Assembly: GCA_044347345.1 (NCBI GenBank)
Contig: JBIKUX010000001.1
Location: forward strand, 106,425 to 170,424
DNA from: Bdellovibrionota bacterium
Lineage (GTDB): Bacteria; Bdellovibrionota_C; UBA2361; JBIKUX01
DNA: 64,000 bases
Reading direction: 5' to 3'
The first letter of the stretch is position 1. Each line of letters opens with the position of its first letter. Position numbers and translations under genes: made by a program. Of this stretch, positions 32,021 through 41,262 are shown one piece after another. The notes under the pieces were generated by a model. It saw nothing but the letters and a program-made list of their open reading frames with translations, had not been told where the DNA came from and searched no databases.

Positions 32021-32049
32021 TCTGTAACTTTGATCAGTAAGTTATTTAA

Positions 32050-33759
32050 TTACTCAGCATCACTCATCTTTTGACGAATCAAATCACCGAATGTAAGGGC
32101 ACTACTGGTATCTTCCATGTATTCGGAATACTCACCCTTTTCCTCTTTTTTCTTCAAGCTCTTGATACTTAGACTTATCCTACGGTCGTTCATATCAATG
32201 GCAATTACCTCACATTCAACTTGCTGACCAGCGGCAAAGCGCTCGGATACATCTTGTCCTCGCTCACTTCCAAGCTGTGAATTATGAATAAGTCCCTCAA
32301 CACCCTCTGCAATTTCAACAAAGACCCCAAAATCAGCAATAGACTTTACAGAACCTTTAACACGAGCGCCCACCGGGTATCTTTGAGCGATAGCCTCCCA
32401 AGGATCATTTTCCATCTGCTTGATACCAAGACTTAGTCGCTCATTATTGGCGTCAATGTCTAAAACAACAGCCTCTACATCATCACCCTTTTTGTATAAT
32501 TCTTGAATTTCAGATGGGTCCTTAATTCGTTTTGTCCACGAAAAATCTGAAACATGAACTAAACCATCAATCTCATCGGTAACTCCTACAAAGATACCGA
32601 ACTCTGTGATAGAGCGCACTTTACCGCGAACTCTTGAGCCAATGGGATGAAGCTTACGAAGATCCTCCCAAGGATTTGGAAGAAGTTGTTTTAATCCAAG
32701 ACTGATTCGTTGCTGCTCTGAGTCGATACCAAGAACAACAGCTTCAACCGTATCACCTTCATTTAATACCTTAGAAGGATGTTTAGCTTTCTTAGACCAA
32801 CTCATCTCCGAAATGTGGATGAGTCCTTCCACACCCTCTTCAAGTTGGATAAAAGCACCGTAATCTGTAAGACTAGCTACCTTACCTTTTACACGAGCGC
32901 CAACAGGGTATTCCTGAATTACCTTACTCCAAGGGTCTTCCGTGAGCTGCTTCATCCCAAGGCTAACTCGTTCACGCTCGCGGTCATACTTAAGAACTAC
33001 TACCTTAATGACTTGGCCAACCGAAATTTTATCAGATGGATGGTTAAGTCGCCCCCAAGACATATCGGTAATATGCAAGAGACCGTCAATTCCACCTAAA
33101 TCAATAAACGCTCCGTAATCTGTAATGTTCTTGACTACTCCCTCTAAGACTATCCCTTCATCGAGAACGAGTAAGGTTTCCTTACGTAAACTTTCTCGCT
33201 CTGACATTAACAAGGCGCGGCGTGATAAAACGATATTACCCTTGTCCCGAGTCATCTTTAGAACTTTGAAATCGTAATATTGACCTAAAAATTTATCGAG
33301 ATTTCTGTGTGGACGAAGGTCAATTTGCGAACCAGGCAAAAATGCAGGAATACCAATGTCGACTTGGAGTCCTCCTTTAACTTTTAGCACTACCTTGCCG
33401 CTAACAATCCCATCTTGCTTACATATATCTTCTACTTGCTCCCAAATTCGCTTTTGATCGGCCTTTTCCTTTGACAAAACTACCTGACCAAACTCGTTTT
33501 CTAACATGATAATAAGAACATCAACCTCATCACCACGCTTTACAGCGAGAGCCCCTTCCTCATTTAAAAACTGCTCTGTGGGAACCACTCCTTCAGACTT
33601 AAAACCAATATCAACAGTGACAAAATCCCGATTAATATCAGTCACCTTACCGCTAACAATGGCACCATTACTTATTTTATTAACTTGCTCTTCAAATAAA
33701 CGAGCAAATTCCCCGGCAAAACTACCGCCTTCTTCAGTCTTTCCTGATGTGTGTTCCAT
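32050..33759 (-). CDS. rpsA: 30S ribosomal protein S1
   Basis: Six S1 repeats (DYGAFIDLGGIDGLLHITDMSW, RVSLGMKQ, FGIFV...GLVHVSD); 569 aa. Confidence 0.97.
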   Translation of the reverse strand: MEHTSGKTEEGGSFAGEFARLFEEQVNKISNGAIVSGKVTDINRDFVTVDIGFKSEGVVPTEQFLNEEGALAVKRGDEVDVLIIMLENEFGQVVLSKEKADQKRIWEQVEDICKQDGIVSGKVVLKVKGGLQVDIGIPAFLPGSQIDLRPHRNLDKFLGQYYDFKVLKMTRDKGNIVLSRRALLMSERESLRKETLLVLDEGIVLEGVVKNITDYGAFIDLGGIDGLLHITDMSWGRLNHPSDKISVGQVIKVVVLKYDRERERVSLGMKQLTEDPWSKVIQEYPVGARVKGKVASLTDYGAFIQLEEGVEGLIHISEMSWSKKAKHPSKVLNEGDTVEAVVLGIDSEQQRISLGLKQLLPNPWEDLRKLHPIGSRVRGKVRSITEFGIFVGVTDEIDGLVHVSDFSWTKRIKDPSEIQELYKKGDDVEAVVLDIDANNERLSLGIKQMENDPWEAIAQRYPVGARVKGSVKSIADFGVFVEIAEGVEGLIHNSQLGSERGQDVSERFAAGQQVECEVIAIDMNDRRISLSIKSLKKKEEKGEYSEYMEDTSSALTFGDLIRQKMSDAE

Positions 33760-34063
33760 AATTTAATTAGATAAACTTACTTTTTACTCTTTACTAAGCC
33801 TTAGAAAAAAGACCCTCTCGCTTTAAATACCAAACATACCTACCTTATTTCAGGTTCCTACATAAACAGGCACCATAAATAAACCCTATCTTTCACTTAA
33901 TACCTATTTTTTAAAAAATTATCCTTGATTTTTAACGACCAGGTTAAATGCTTAAAAATAAGTTTTTGCAAAAAACATAATTCAGGGCTCAGGGATTTTA
34001 CGGTATCAAGGTTTCAGTACCAATAAAACGCCTAGATTCTAATTCGTAAAACTGCGAACTGAT

Positions 34064-34095
34064 GTGGATACTTTGGTGAGAGTGGATACTTTGGT
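34064..34095. repeat. Perfect 14-bp direct repeat GTGGATACTTTGGT x2 (18-bp period)
   Basis: Copies at 34064-34077 and 34082-34095 in the rpsA upstream region. Confidence 0.9.
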
Positions 34096-34218
34096 TTAAT
34101 TAAGCTGGTCTCCTTTTTTATTACCGGCTTGTTTTTTACTTTAACCTTGAGTATCGGTTTTACCCAAAACTTTTGCGCTTTATAATTACTCGTGCGTTAT
34201 AAGCGCGCCCACACCCTA

Positions 34219-34252
34219 ACTATACGTAGAAGCATAGCTAGGTCAACCTAGC
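34219..34252 (-). promoter_or_regulatory. Candidate sigma70 promoter for rpsA overlapped by a palindrome
   Basis: Minus strand TTGACC-N16-TATAGT; inverted repeat GCTAGGT-CA-ACCTAGC at 34237-34252 covers the -35. Confidence 0.45.
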
Positions 34253-34276
34253 CAACTTAAAGAACTACAAGATAAC

Positions 34277-35980
34277 TCAAGAACTGCAAGACAACATCGA
34301 ACACCCAACTTTTTTCCTAGCCCAGTCGGGGCGCTTAGCGGCCCATCTGTCACTTCCAATATCACTTGCAGTATCACTTCCAGAATCAGATCCGGTGTGC
34401 CATGTATAAGGGTTTCTCAAAATATCAGCATAATTGCGCAATGGCTCAAAATCTCCCTCTTCCGCTGAAACTATAATCTCTTGCAAGAGATAATTTCTTG
34501 GAATGTAGCAAGGATTAACTCTTTGCATACGATTCCTTCGAGTTTGATCGTCAATGTTCCAAGATTTCACTGTTTGACAATATAACTCTAGCCAAGCTAA
34601 GACTTGTTCTAACTGTGGTGAGCCATAAACTACAGAATTAATACGGTTTATAACTTGCTTTTTGTCTAAAAGCTCATCTAGAGATAAGTCAGTAATAAGC
34701 CGAAAAAACAATGTGTAATCTGTCTCAATTTCACTACTCCAACTAATAAAATTCTTATAAAGAGCTACTGCTTGCGAGACAGACTCCGGTTCGATCAGTG
34801 AAAAACCTAATTTTTCAGCAATCATGACTTCATATTCGCGCTCAAATTGACCTTTAAATTGGTATACCTCCTGAGCGAGTGCTTCTGTATCGTCAATTAG
34901 CGGAGAGATAGCCTCAGCAAGGCAACCTAAATTCCATTGAGCCACAGCAGCCTGTCTTCCAAAACAGTATCGTCGACCGGGGAGATCAGTCGTATTTGGA
35001 GTCCAAAAAAAGTCAACATTATCGAGAAAACCATAAGGCCCGTAATCGATAGTTAACCCTAAAATAGACATATTATCAGTGTTCATAACCCCGTGAGTGA
35101 ATCCAACACGATACCAATGCACTATCATTAGTGCTGTGCGCCTACATACCTCGCTAAACCAACGCAGATAAGACTCTTCACCAATTACTGGTGTACTAGA
35201 GGCAGAAGAAACTAATTCTGGAAACCACTGACAAATTGTCCAATCAGTTATTGCTTTTAAAATCGAATATTCGCCACGACTTGCATACAACTCAAAATTT
35301 CCAAATCGTAAAAATGTTGGTGCTACTCGAGCAACAATAGCACCTGGTTCATAAAGAGGGTTACCGTCATACATCACGTCTCGGAGCACCAACTCTCCAG
35401 TACCAATTAACGACAATGCTCTTGTAGTTGGGATGCCAAGATAATGCATCGCCTCACTGGCTATAAACTCTCTAATTGAAGACCGAAGTACCGCTCGCCC
35501 GTCAGCACTCCGAGAATATGGGGTCTTTCCTGCGCCCTTTAATTGCACCTCTTGAAGTAAAGTATTAGAACCACGAGTGGGCAGAGAGCCTAAGGTAATC
35601 GCTCTACCATCTCCGAGCTGCCCTGCCCAAGAACCAAACTGGTGACCACCGTAGCAAAGAGAAAATGGAGTTGCCTCTCGAGGTATAGCCGAGCCACTCA
35701 ACACCAAGGAAGTTTCAGGAAGCGTGGGGGTAATCGGTGAGAGATTTAAAAGCTCTGCGCATTCTTTAGACCAAGCTATAAGATGGGGCTTTTTCACCGG
35801 AGTAGGTTTAACGATAGAAAAAGCCGCACCGCGTACCTCTCTAGCATCGGTGCACTCTGTAAAATCACCAGGTATATTTTCAGTAAACGTAGAGCACCAA
35901 GGAGCATCAACAAGAGAGACTATCTCTTGGATTATACCATCTTTAGCCTGACATAACTCTTCTTTCATCTTTAGCATCAT
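34277..35980 (-). CDS. selO: Protein adenylyltransferase SelO/YdiU
   Basis: YGGHQFG, GQLGDGRA, LKGAGKTPYSR, DGRAVLRSSIRE, HGVMNTDN, IDYGPYGF, C-terminal CSS. Confidence 0.95.
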   Translation of the reverse strand: MMLKMKEELCQAKDGIIQEIVSLVDAPWCSTFTENIPGDFTECTDAREVRGAAFSIVKPTPVKKPHLIAWSKECAELLNLSPITPTLPETSLVLSGSAIPREATPFSLCYGGHQFGSWAGQLGDGRAITLGSLPTRGSNTLLQEVQLKGAGKTPYSRSADGRAVLRSSIREFIASEAMHYLGIPTTRALSLIGTGELVLRDVMYDGNPLYEPGAIVARVAPTFLRFGNFELYASRGEYSILKAITDWTICQWFPELVSSASSTPVIGEESYLRWFSEVCRRTALMIVHWYRVGFTHGVMNTDNMSILGLTIDYGPYGFLDNVDFFWTPNTTDLPGRRYCFGRQAAVAQWNLGCLAEAISPLIDDTEALAQEVYQFKGQFEREYEVMIAEKLGFSLIEPESVSQAVALYKNFISWSSEIETDYTLFFRLITDLSLDELLDKKQVINRINSVVYGSPQLEQVLAWLELYCQTVKSWNIDDQTRRNRMQRVNPCYIPRNYLLQEIIVSAEEGDFEPLRNYADILRNPYTWHTGSDSGSDTASDIGSDRWAAKRPDWARKKVGCSMLSCSS

Positions 35981-36033
35981 AATCTAAAGAAACCTCTAAT
36001 ACATGCCGTTGTTAGAGGTAGGCGAAAATTTAT

Positions 36034-37212
36034 ATGCGTAAGCGCCCCCGCCCCCTATCAAAACCAGCAATGTGCCTCTCCTCTCCGCTTGCTCCAAGCT
36101 CTGGAGATTTAGCAATCGTGCTTTCCGGCGGTGGAGCCAGAGCGGCCTATCAAGTTGGTGCCTTTAAAGCCCTTGAATCATATCTTGACCTTCAAGCTCA
36201 ACCAATAGCAACAATAATCGGAAGTAGTATTGGCGCCGTAAACGGCGTAATTTTTGGTGCCTGTCTTAAATCAGGATATAGCGATGCCGTAACTGAGCTC
36301 TCAACTCTATGGCGTGAGCGCACCTTTAGGAATTCATTTGCGGGTTCACCATCTCGCTCATTTCTTAAGGCTATTCTGGTAGCTACAGCTCAGTGGCGCT
36401 CTCCTGGCCTTACTGCCAGCGAGATGGCCATCTTTGACCCCACGCCTCTAATGAATAGAGTTGACGCTTTAATAAAAGGGTACGGCTCACTTAGACCAGA
36501 AGAACGTCACCCAAACCTTAAAAACGTAGCGGTTATGACTACCCTTGAAGGGCCTACTCGTGAGCCACTTCTTTTTCTTTCTTCACACAAAAAAGCGAGT
36601 TCAGAAAATATGGTCGGCGCATCCTTTGAGATATGTTACGTCGAGTCTATAACCGCAAAACATGCTTTTGCTTCGGCAGCTCTTCCCTCAATATTGCCTC
36701 CCGTAAAAATATCTACAGAGGAGGGTAGTTTGCAACTCATAGATGGGGGCATAGCGCAAAATCATCCGGTAGATCCCGCCGTACGCCTTGGTGCAGAGCG
36801 AGTAATCCTAATTGACGTTTCAGGAAGAGATTGGTGGTTTAATTTATACGGAACAGCCCACGATACAGCCCCCGACTGGGAGGTTAAAGCTGAACCAGAT
36901 ACTTACTGCCTCAGACCTAATGACTACTTTTTAAGTAGGTGTATGACGGCACTCGGGCCAATTCTTAAAGAAGCTGTCGGAAGATCAACTAAAAGGTTTA
37001 TTTCATCTGTTGGCCCAGTCTGGCCTCTCTATACACTCCTCCGCAAAAAGTGTGGAGAAGCAGTAGCTTACGAAGTTATGTCTTATGTGGCTCTAGATGA
37101 AGAGTACATTAACGCTCTAATAGAAAGAGGCTTTCACGAAACTACCATACTTCTAAAAAAACGCGCCGCACAACAATGCGAGGAAGATTTGACAACTAGA
37201 CAAGTATGCTAG
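36034..37212 (+). CDS. Patatin-like phospholipase
   Basis: SGGGARAAYQVG glycine-rich loop, GSSIG nucleophile elbow, DGG motif. Confidence 0.9.
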   Translation: MRKRPRPLSKPAMCLSSPLAPSSGDLAIVLSGGGARAAYQVGAFKALESYLDLQAQPIATIIGSSIGAVNGVIFGACLKSGYSDAVTELSTLWRERTFRNSFAGSPSRSFLKAILVATAQWRSPGLTASEMAIFDPTPLMNRVDALIKGYGSLRPEERHPNLKNVAVMTTLEGPTREPLLFLSSHKKASSENMVGASFEICYVESITAKHAFASAALPSILPPVKISTEEGSLQLIDGGIAQNHPVDPAVRLGAERVILIDVSGRDWWFNLYGTAHDTAPDWEVKAEPDTYCLRPNDYFLSRCMTALGPILKEAVGRSTKRFISSVGPVWPLYTLLRKKCGEAVAYEVMSYVALDEEYINALIERGFHETTILLKKRAAQQCEEDLTTRQVC

Positions 37213-37299
37213 TCACCACGCAAAATAAAATATCGCTTCCATAGCCAGAGACACTGAGCCCAAAACTATAAACACTGCTCTTTTAGATATAGACAAAAA

Positions 37300-37614
37300 C
37301 TAAGGTGTTATTTTTGATTCACCCGATGGATTTCCTTGTGGAGCACTCGGAGTAGACCCTTCATGTTGCTCCGGAGTAGACCCTCCAGGTTGCGCTGTCC
37401 CTTGCTCTTGGCGTGACTCTTCATAAGGTTTTCTTTGGGCTGGGACTGTTTCCGCCGGGAATTTGTCGCCATTATGGGAGGGGGGGGTTCCACATCCGCT
37501 TAGTAAAAAGCTCAGAAAAAGTGACAAGGCCGCTGCTATACAATAAGCTGGTTTAGGCATCTGAGGGTTACTAAAACCCTCGTCGGGCCTCTGTGGATTA
37601 AAATCAGGTGTCAT
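37300..37614 (-). CDS. Small lipoprotein, Pro/Gln/Ser-rich
   Basis: Hydrophobic stretch ending in lipobox LLSGC, then a low-complexity tail with a GSTP repeat. Confidence 0.55.
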   Translation of the reverse strand: MTPDFNPQRPDEGFSNPQMPKPAYCIAAALSLFLSFLLSGCGTPPSHNGDKFPAETVPAQRKPYEESRQEQGTAQPGGSTPEQHEGSTPSAPQGNPSGESKITP

Positions 37615-37788
37615 AACTTATCTATACTTAATTAGCTAAAATTACTGTCAAACAAATTTTTTTGACAAAATACACTTTTTTGACCCCAGAGAGGCTACCC
37701 ACATAAAAAAAGTTAAACAACCTCTGACGCTAACTAAAATTTTTTAAAAGAATATTTAATTCACTAAGAAGTAGATTATACCTAATAT

Positions 37789-37812
37789 AAAAAAGGACGT
37801 TAAAAACGTCCT
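37789..37812 (-). terminator. Rho-independent terminator-like hairpin
   Basis: Minus strand AGGACGTT-TTT-AACGTCCT followed by a T-run. Confidence 0.5.
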
Positions 37813-37834
37813 AATTACTAGGTTAACTTTTTAA

Positions 37835-38644
37835 ATGACAAGTAATATACAGGCAAATCATATACAGGCTAATTATATACAAAAGAGTAATTGGTTACAG
37901 TGTTCAAGCCAAATGTGGCTAAAAGATATTTTGGTACATCCCTCCGCAAGAAAAAGCTCTAAACCATTTCGATTAAAAGTTACATCTTGCAAATTGCTTC
38001 ACCCTAGTATCACAGCTCTATTAGGTGATAACGGCGCTGGCAAAAGCACCCTAATTAAAGTCATTGCTGGACTTATCCCTTTTAGTGGACATGTATTACT
38101 ACCAGACAACCTAAACACCGATAAAATAACAAATTTTTCGTATCTTCCTCAACACTTTTCTATTGAAGCTGCTTACAGGATGACAGTAAAAGAATTTATT
38201 AAGACGGCTTATCCGGTAAAAATTAGGCACGATAAGCAAACTATGGCCGCGCGTATCGAAAACGCACTTGTAACTTACGGATTAGAAAATCTGACTGATG
38301 CTTATCTTGGCTCGCTTAGCGGAGGAGAGCTTAGAATGACCCTTTTAGCGGCTACTTTTACTCCTCCCACACCCTTTTTATTACTCGACGAACCTACTAC
38401 TTATCTAGATCAAAAACACTGTAAACAGTTAGTGATGTGGATAAAAAATGAATTACACCATCTTAGGTCAACCATCTTTGCCACGCACGATATTTTATTT
38501 GCTCTATCGTGCGCTGATACCTTAGCGATACTAGAACACGGAGAAATCTTAGCGTTGGGACCAACAAAAGAGCTAGTGAATACAGAAATATTCCAAGAAA
38601 AATACGGCGGATTAAATTCACTTAAAAATTTAAACCAGATTTAG
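37835..38644 (+). CDS. ABC transporter ATP-binding protein (BtuD/FecE- or ZnuC-like)
   Basis: Walker A GDNGAGKST, LSGGE signature, LLLDEPTTYLD, H-loop ATHD. Confidence 0.88.
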   Translation: MTSNIQANHIQANYIQKSNWLQCSSQMWLKDILVHPSARKSSKPFRLKVTSCKLLHPSITALLGDNGAGKSTLIKVIAGLIPFSGHVLLPDNLNTDKITNFSYLPQHFSIEAAYRMTVKEFIKTAYPVKIRHDKQTMAARIENALVTYGLENLTDAYLGSLSGGELRMTLLAATFTPPTPFLLLDEPTTYLDQKHCKQLVMWIKNELHHLRSTIFATHDILFALSCADTLAILEHGEILALGPTKELVNTEIFQEKYGGLNSLKNLNQI

Positions 38645-39410
38645 TTCTTTCATCCGGCTGATACTGATATTGATACTGATGCTGATGCTGATACCAATCA
38701 CCCTTAACTAGGTCACTTCGACGCATAGGAAACTTTACTGCTACGCCCTGAAAATGAGACAAAAATTTCCACAAATCATTCATATCAAGGGGTGCTGTCA
38801 AACAAATTTTCCATGAAATAGGTGCTTTTTTAATTATTTTATCTCCCTGAGAGCCTGCTTGCTTAGTTGTAATGACCAAAACGGGCAGCCTTAATCGGTG
38901 TATAAACGGCTCACCATCAAAGCCACTGTGTTGAGTCCGAAGAGGCAAGCCGAAAGGTAAATTTCGCTCAATAGATGAGGCTAATCTCTCAAGCCAAGAA
39001 GGATGCGGTCTAAGAAGCGGATCAATTAAAATGAGTTGTCGTACAAGTTTTGGATAACACAATGCTAAACAGATCGTAAGTGGTGCGCATGATGCCGCAG
39101 CTACAGCAACTACTGACCGTACTTTTGCCTCTTTTAGAACAGTTGCCACCTCATTAGCTCTTGACTCACAGCTTAAAAACGTTAACGCCTTTACTCTCAA
39201 TCGCAATACAGATACCTGTAGTCCTAAGCTCTGAGGAGGATCTAGCTCTACTTTTGTGTTTTCACACCCTGCTCCAGCATTTTCAACGTCTACCGACTTT
39301 ACGCACCAAGGGATTTTACTATTGTTGTCGTCGGTAGTTTCGGCAAAAAAAGCAACCGTCCGTCCGTCTCCACTTTTCAGATCAACAAAAACATTTGAAT
39401 CTTGAGCCAT
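38622..39410 (-). CDS. Alpha/beta-hydrolase-fold protein, nucleophile apparently missing
   Basis: LALCYPKLVRQLILIDP and RLRLPVLVI are typical fold segments; no GxSxG. Confidence 0.55.
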   Translation of the reverse strand: MAQDSNVFVDLKSGDGRTVAFFAETTDDNNSKIPWCVKSVDVENAGAGCENTKVELDPPQSLGLQVSVLRLRVKALTFLSCESRANEVATVLKEAKVRSVVAVAAASCAPLTICLALCYPKLVRQLILIDPLLRPHPSWLERLASSIERNLPFGLPLRTQHSGFDGEPFIHRLRLPVLVITTKQAGSQGDKIIKKAPISWKICLTAPLDMNDLWKFLSHFQGVAVKFPMRRSDLVKGDWYQHQHQYQYQYQPDERTKSGLNF

Positions 39411-39608
39411 TCCGAAAAACTCCTAAAAATAAAACAATTGATCTCGCATCCTAACTGTGCAAACGATAGGAGTGGGAGTGCTCTAAGAGCTTGACAAAAC
39501 CTAAATTAGTTAAGTTTTTTTTTCACTGCAAAGCTGTGAATCAAACAAAAGAGTACAAATCTTTATTGTAATGGTAATATTTATAGAACTCTTTACAAAA
39601 AATGCCCA

Positions 39609-40073
39609 ATGAAAAAATCAGGGCCATTTCCAATTATTAAAGAAAAGGGTAACGGAGAGGTATCATATCCAATAGAACCTCCTCGTCGAAGGTATGATTG
39701 TGCTCAATATGAAACCTGTCTTACCATAGCTTCAGCTCTATTTTGGGATTCTTTTACTTGTCGTGGATGTAACGGCACTGTAAATGGTCGTCTTTTATGG
39801 CGATTTTCTAAACGGACACTTTCAAAGACACAGTATAGCTCCCCAGAAGAAAAAGATGACGATGATAAGTCGCTCTTCTACAAAACTTCCTCTCACACCG
39901 GCGATATTGAAAGTGTCATTCATGAAAACACATTGCAAACTAAAGTAGTAAATACACCTATTAGCCAATCATGTGGCAATACACTACCAACAAAGTCATC
40001 AATTGGAATTGAATCATTAAATCCTGACTCTCCCTTCCCGTTACATCTTTTTAAAAAGTTATCATCTGTGTGA
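39609..40073 (+). CDS. Hypothetical protein with a four-cysteine motif
   Basis: RRRYDCAQYETCLTIASALFWDSFTCRGC (C-x5-C-x13-C-x2-C) followed by a low-complexity tail. Confidence 0.6.
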   Translation: MKKSGPFPIIKEKGNGEVSYPIEPPRRRYDCAQYETCLTIASALFWDSFTCRGCNGTVNGRLLWRFSKRTLSKTQYSSPEEKDDDDKSLFYKTSSHTGDIESVIHENTLQTKVVNTPISQSCGNTLPTKSSIGIESLNPDSPFPLHLFKKLSSV

Positions 40074-40116
40074 AAATTGCAGGGCAGTAGCTCTACAATC
40101 TCATAAACGGATATAG

Positions 40117-41259
40117 ATGATAAATCGATTTTTTGTTGTTCCAATCTTTTTGATGCTCTTTGGTATTATCACCGCGCTTACCACTGGAGAGATAGGCATC
40201 CGCATATGGAATTATTTTTATAAAGATTATCTTCTATCAAAAACAGCGAATATCTTTACCACCACCAAAAAATCACCTAACGAAGATACCGAACAAATTA
40301 GAGCAGGAGAAACCTTAAAAGGTATAATTCAACCAAGTAGTCATCGCGATATTGTTTATGAATTAAGACCCAACTTACGAGGTATTTTTGTTGGAGCTCA
40401 GTTACGTACTAATCAATTTGGCATAAGAGGAAAAACGTACTCTATCAATAAACCCTCAGGAGGAGTGATTCGCATCGCTGGCATAGGCGACTCCGTTATG
40501 TTTGGATGGGGTGTAAGTGAAGAAAAATCATACCTTTCACTTCTTGAAAAAAAACTCACAGATTCAGGAGTAAAGACAGAAGTACTAAATTTTGCTGTTC
40601 CCGGCTACAATACAACTATGGAGGTTGCTACATTCGAGCACCGAGTTCTGCCATTTAATCCTGATTTAGTCATTATTCACTTTGTAAACAATGACCTCGG
40701 TGTACCTCAATTTATGACCAAACCGCCCTTACCTCCCACTATATTTCATTCTCAATTACTTGGATTGATAGTACCAAAAATAAATTTAATCAAAGAAAGA
40801 TTGGATAGATTTTACAATTCTTCTACAGGTGATTTAGAGGAAGAGGCTCTTAAAGACGATAGAGTGCTAAATTCTGACGTAATGCTACAAGGAAGCCCAG
40901 AGGAAACTAACGCTCAGTACAGATATATGGTTGGTGAAAATAGCTATAGAACCGCCATGAAACGCTTAGTTGAATTAACTAAATTACACAACATTCCTCT
41001 AATAATTTTATATGGAGGCGAAAATAAGCTTATAAAAAGGCTAATAATAAACGGAGTAGCAAAAAGGCATAATCTAGTGACAGTTGAAGCAAAACCAATT
41101 GTTGACTCCTATTTTTTTACTAATCATCCAGATATTTCAAAAAGCAAACGGAGAGAGCTTCTAACTTTGTCGGATAAAGACCCTCATCCAAATGTCTTGG
41201 GACATTACTTATATTCGGAAGCACTCTATCCGGTTGTAAAAAATTTATTAGCAAGATAG
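40117..41259 (+). CDS. SGNH/GDSL hydrolase-family protein, membrane-anchored
   Basis: GDS (GIGDSVMFG), NFAVPGYNT, VNND, DPHPN; N-terminal TM. Confidence 0.88.
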   Translation: MINRFFVVPIFLMLFGIITALTTGEIGIRIWNYFYKDYLLSKTANIFTTTKKSPNEDTEQIRAGETLKGIIQPSSHRDIVYELRPNLRGIFVGAQLRTNQFGIRGKTYSINKPSGGVIRIAGIGDSVMFGWGVSEEKSYLSLLEKKLTDSGVKTEVLNFAVPGYNTTMEVATFEHRVLPFNPDLVIIHFVNNDLGVPQFMTKPPLPPTIFHSQLLGLIVPKINLIKERLDRFYNSSTGDLEEEALKDDRVLNSDVMLQGSPEETNAQYRYMVGENSYRTAMKRLVELTKLHNIPLIILYGGENKLIKRLIINGVAKRHNLVTVEAKPIVDSYFFTNHPDISKSKRRELLTLSDKDPHPNVLGHYLYSEALYPVVKNLLAR

Positions 41260-41262
41260 TTT

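Noticed and set aside
34064-34095. CRISPR array or replication origin
   Set aside because: Only two 14-bp copies with a 4-bp spacer, no cas genes; two imperfect DnaA-like boxes and no dnaA are too little for oriC
34277-34290. Selenocysteine readthrough at the selO TGA stop
   Set aside because: The protein already ends in the usual bacterial CSS with Cys at the Sec-equivalent position; no convincing SECIS follows
36034-37212. Patatin as a CBASS CapV effector
   Set aside because: No CD-NTase or other defence genes nearby; housekeeping context
37646-37667. TGTCAAA...TTTGACA inverted repeat as an operator or IS end
   Set aside because: More simply two back-to-back -35-like hexamers between divergent genes; no transposase nearby and -10 spacing is unconvincing
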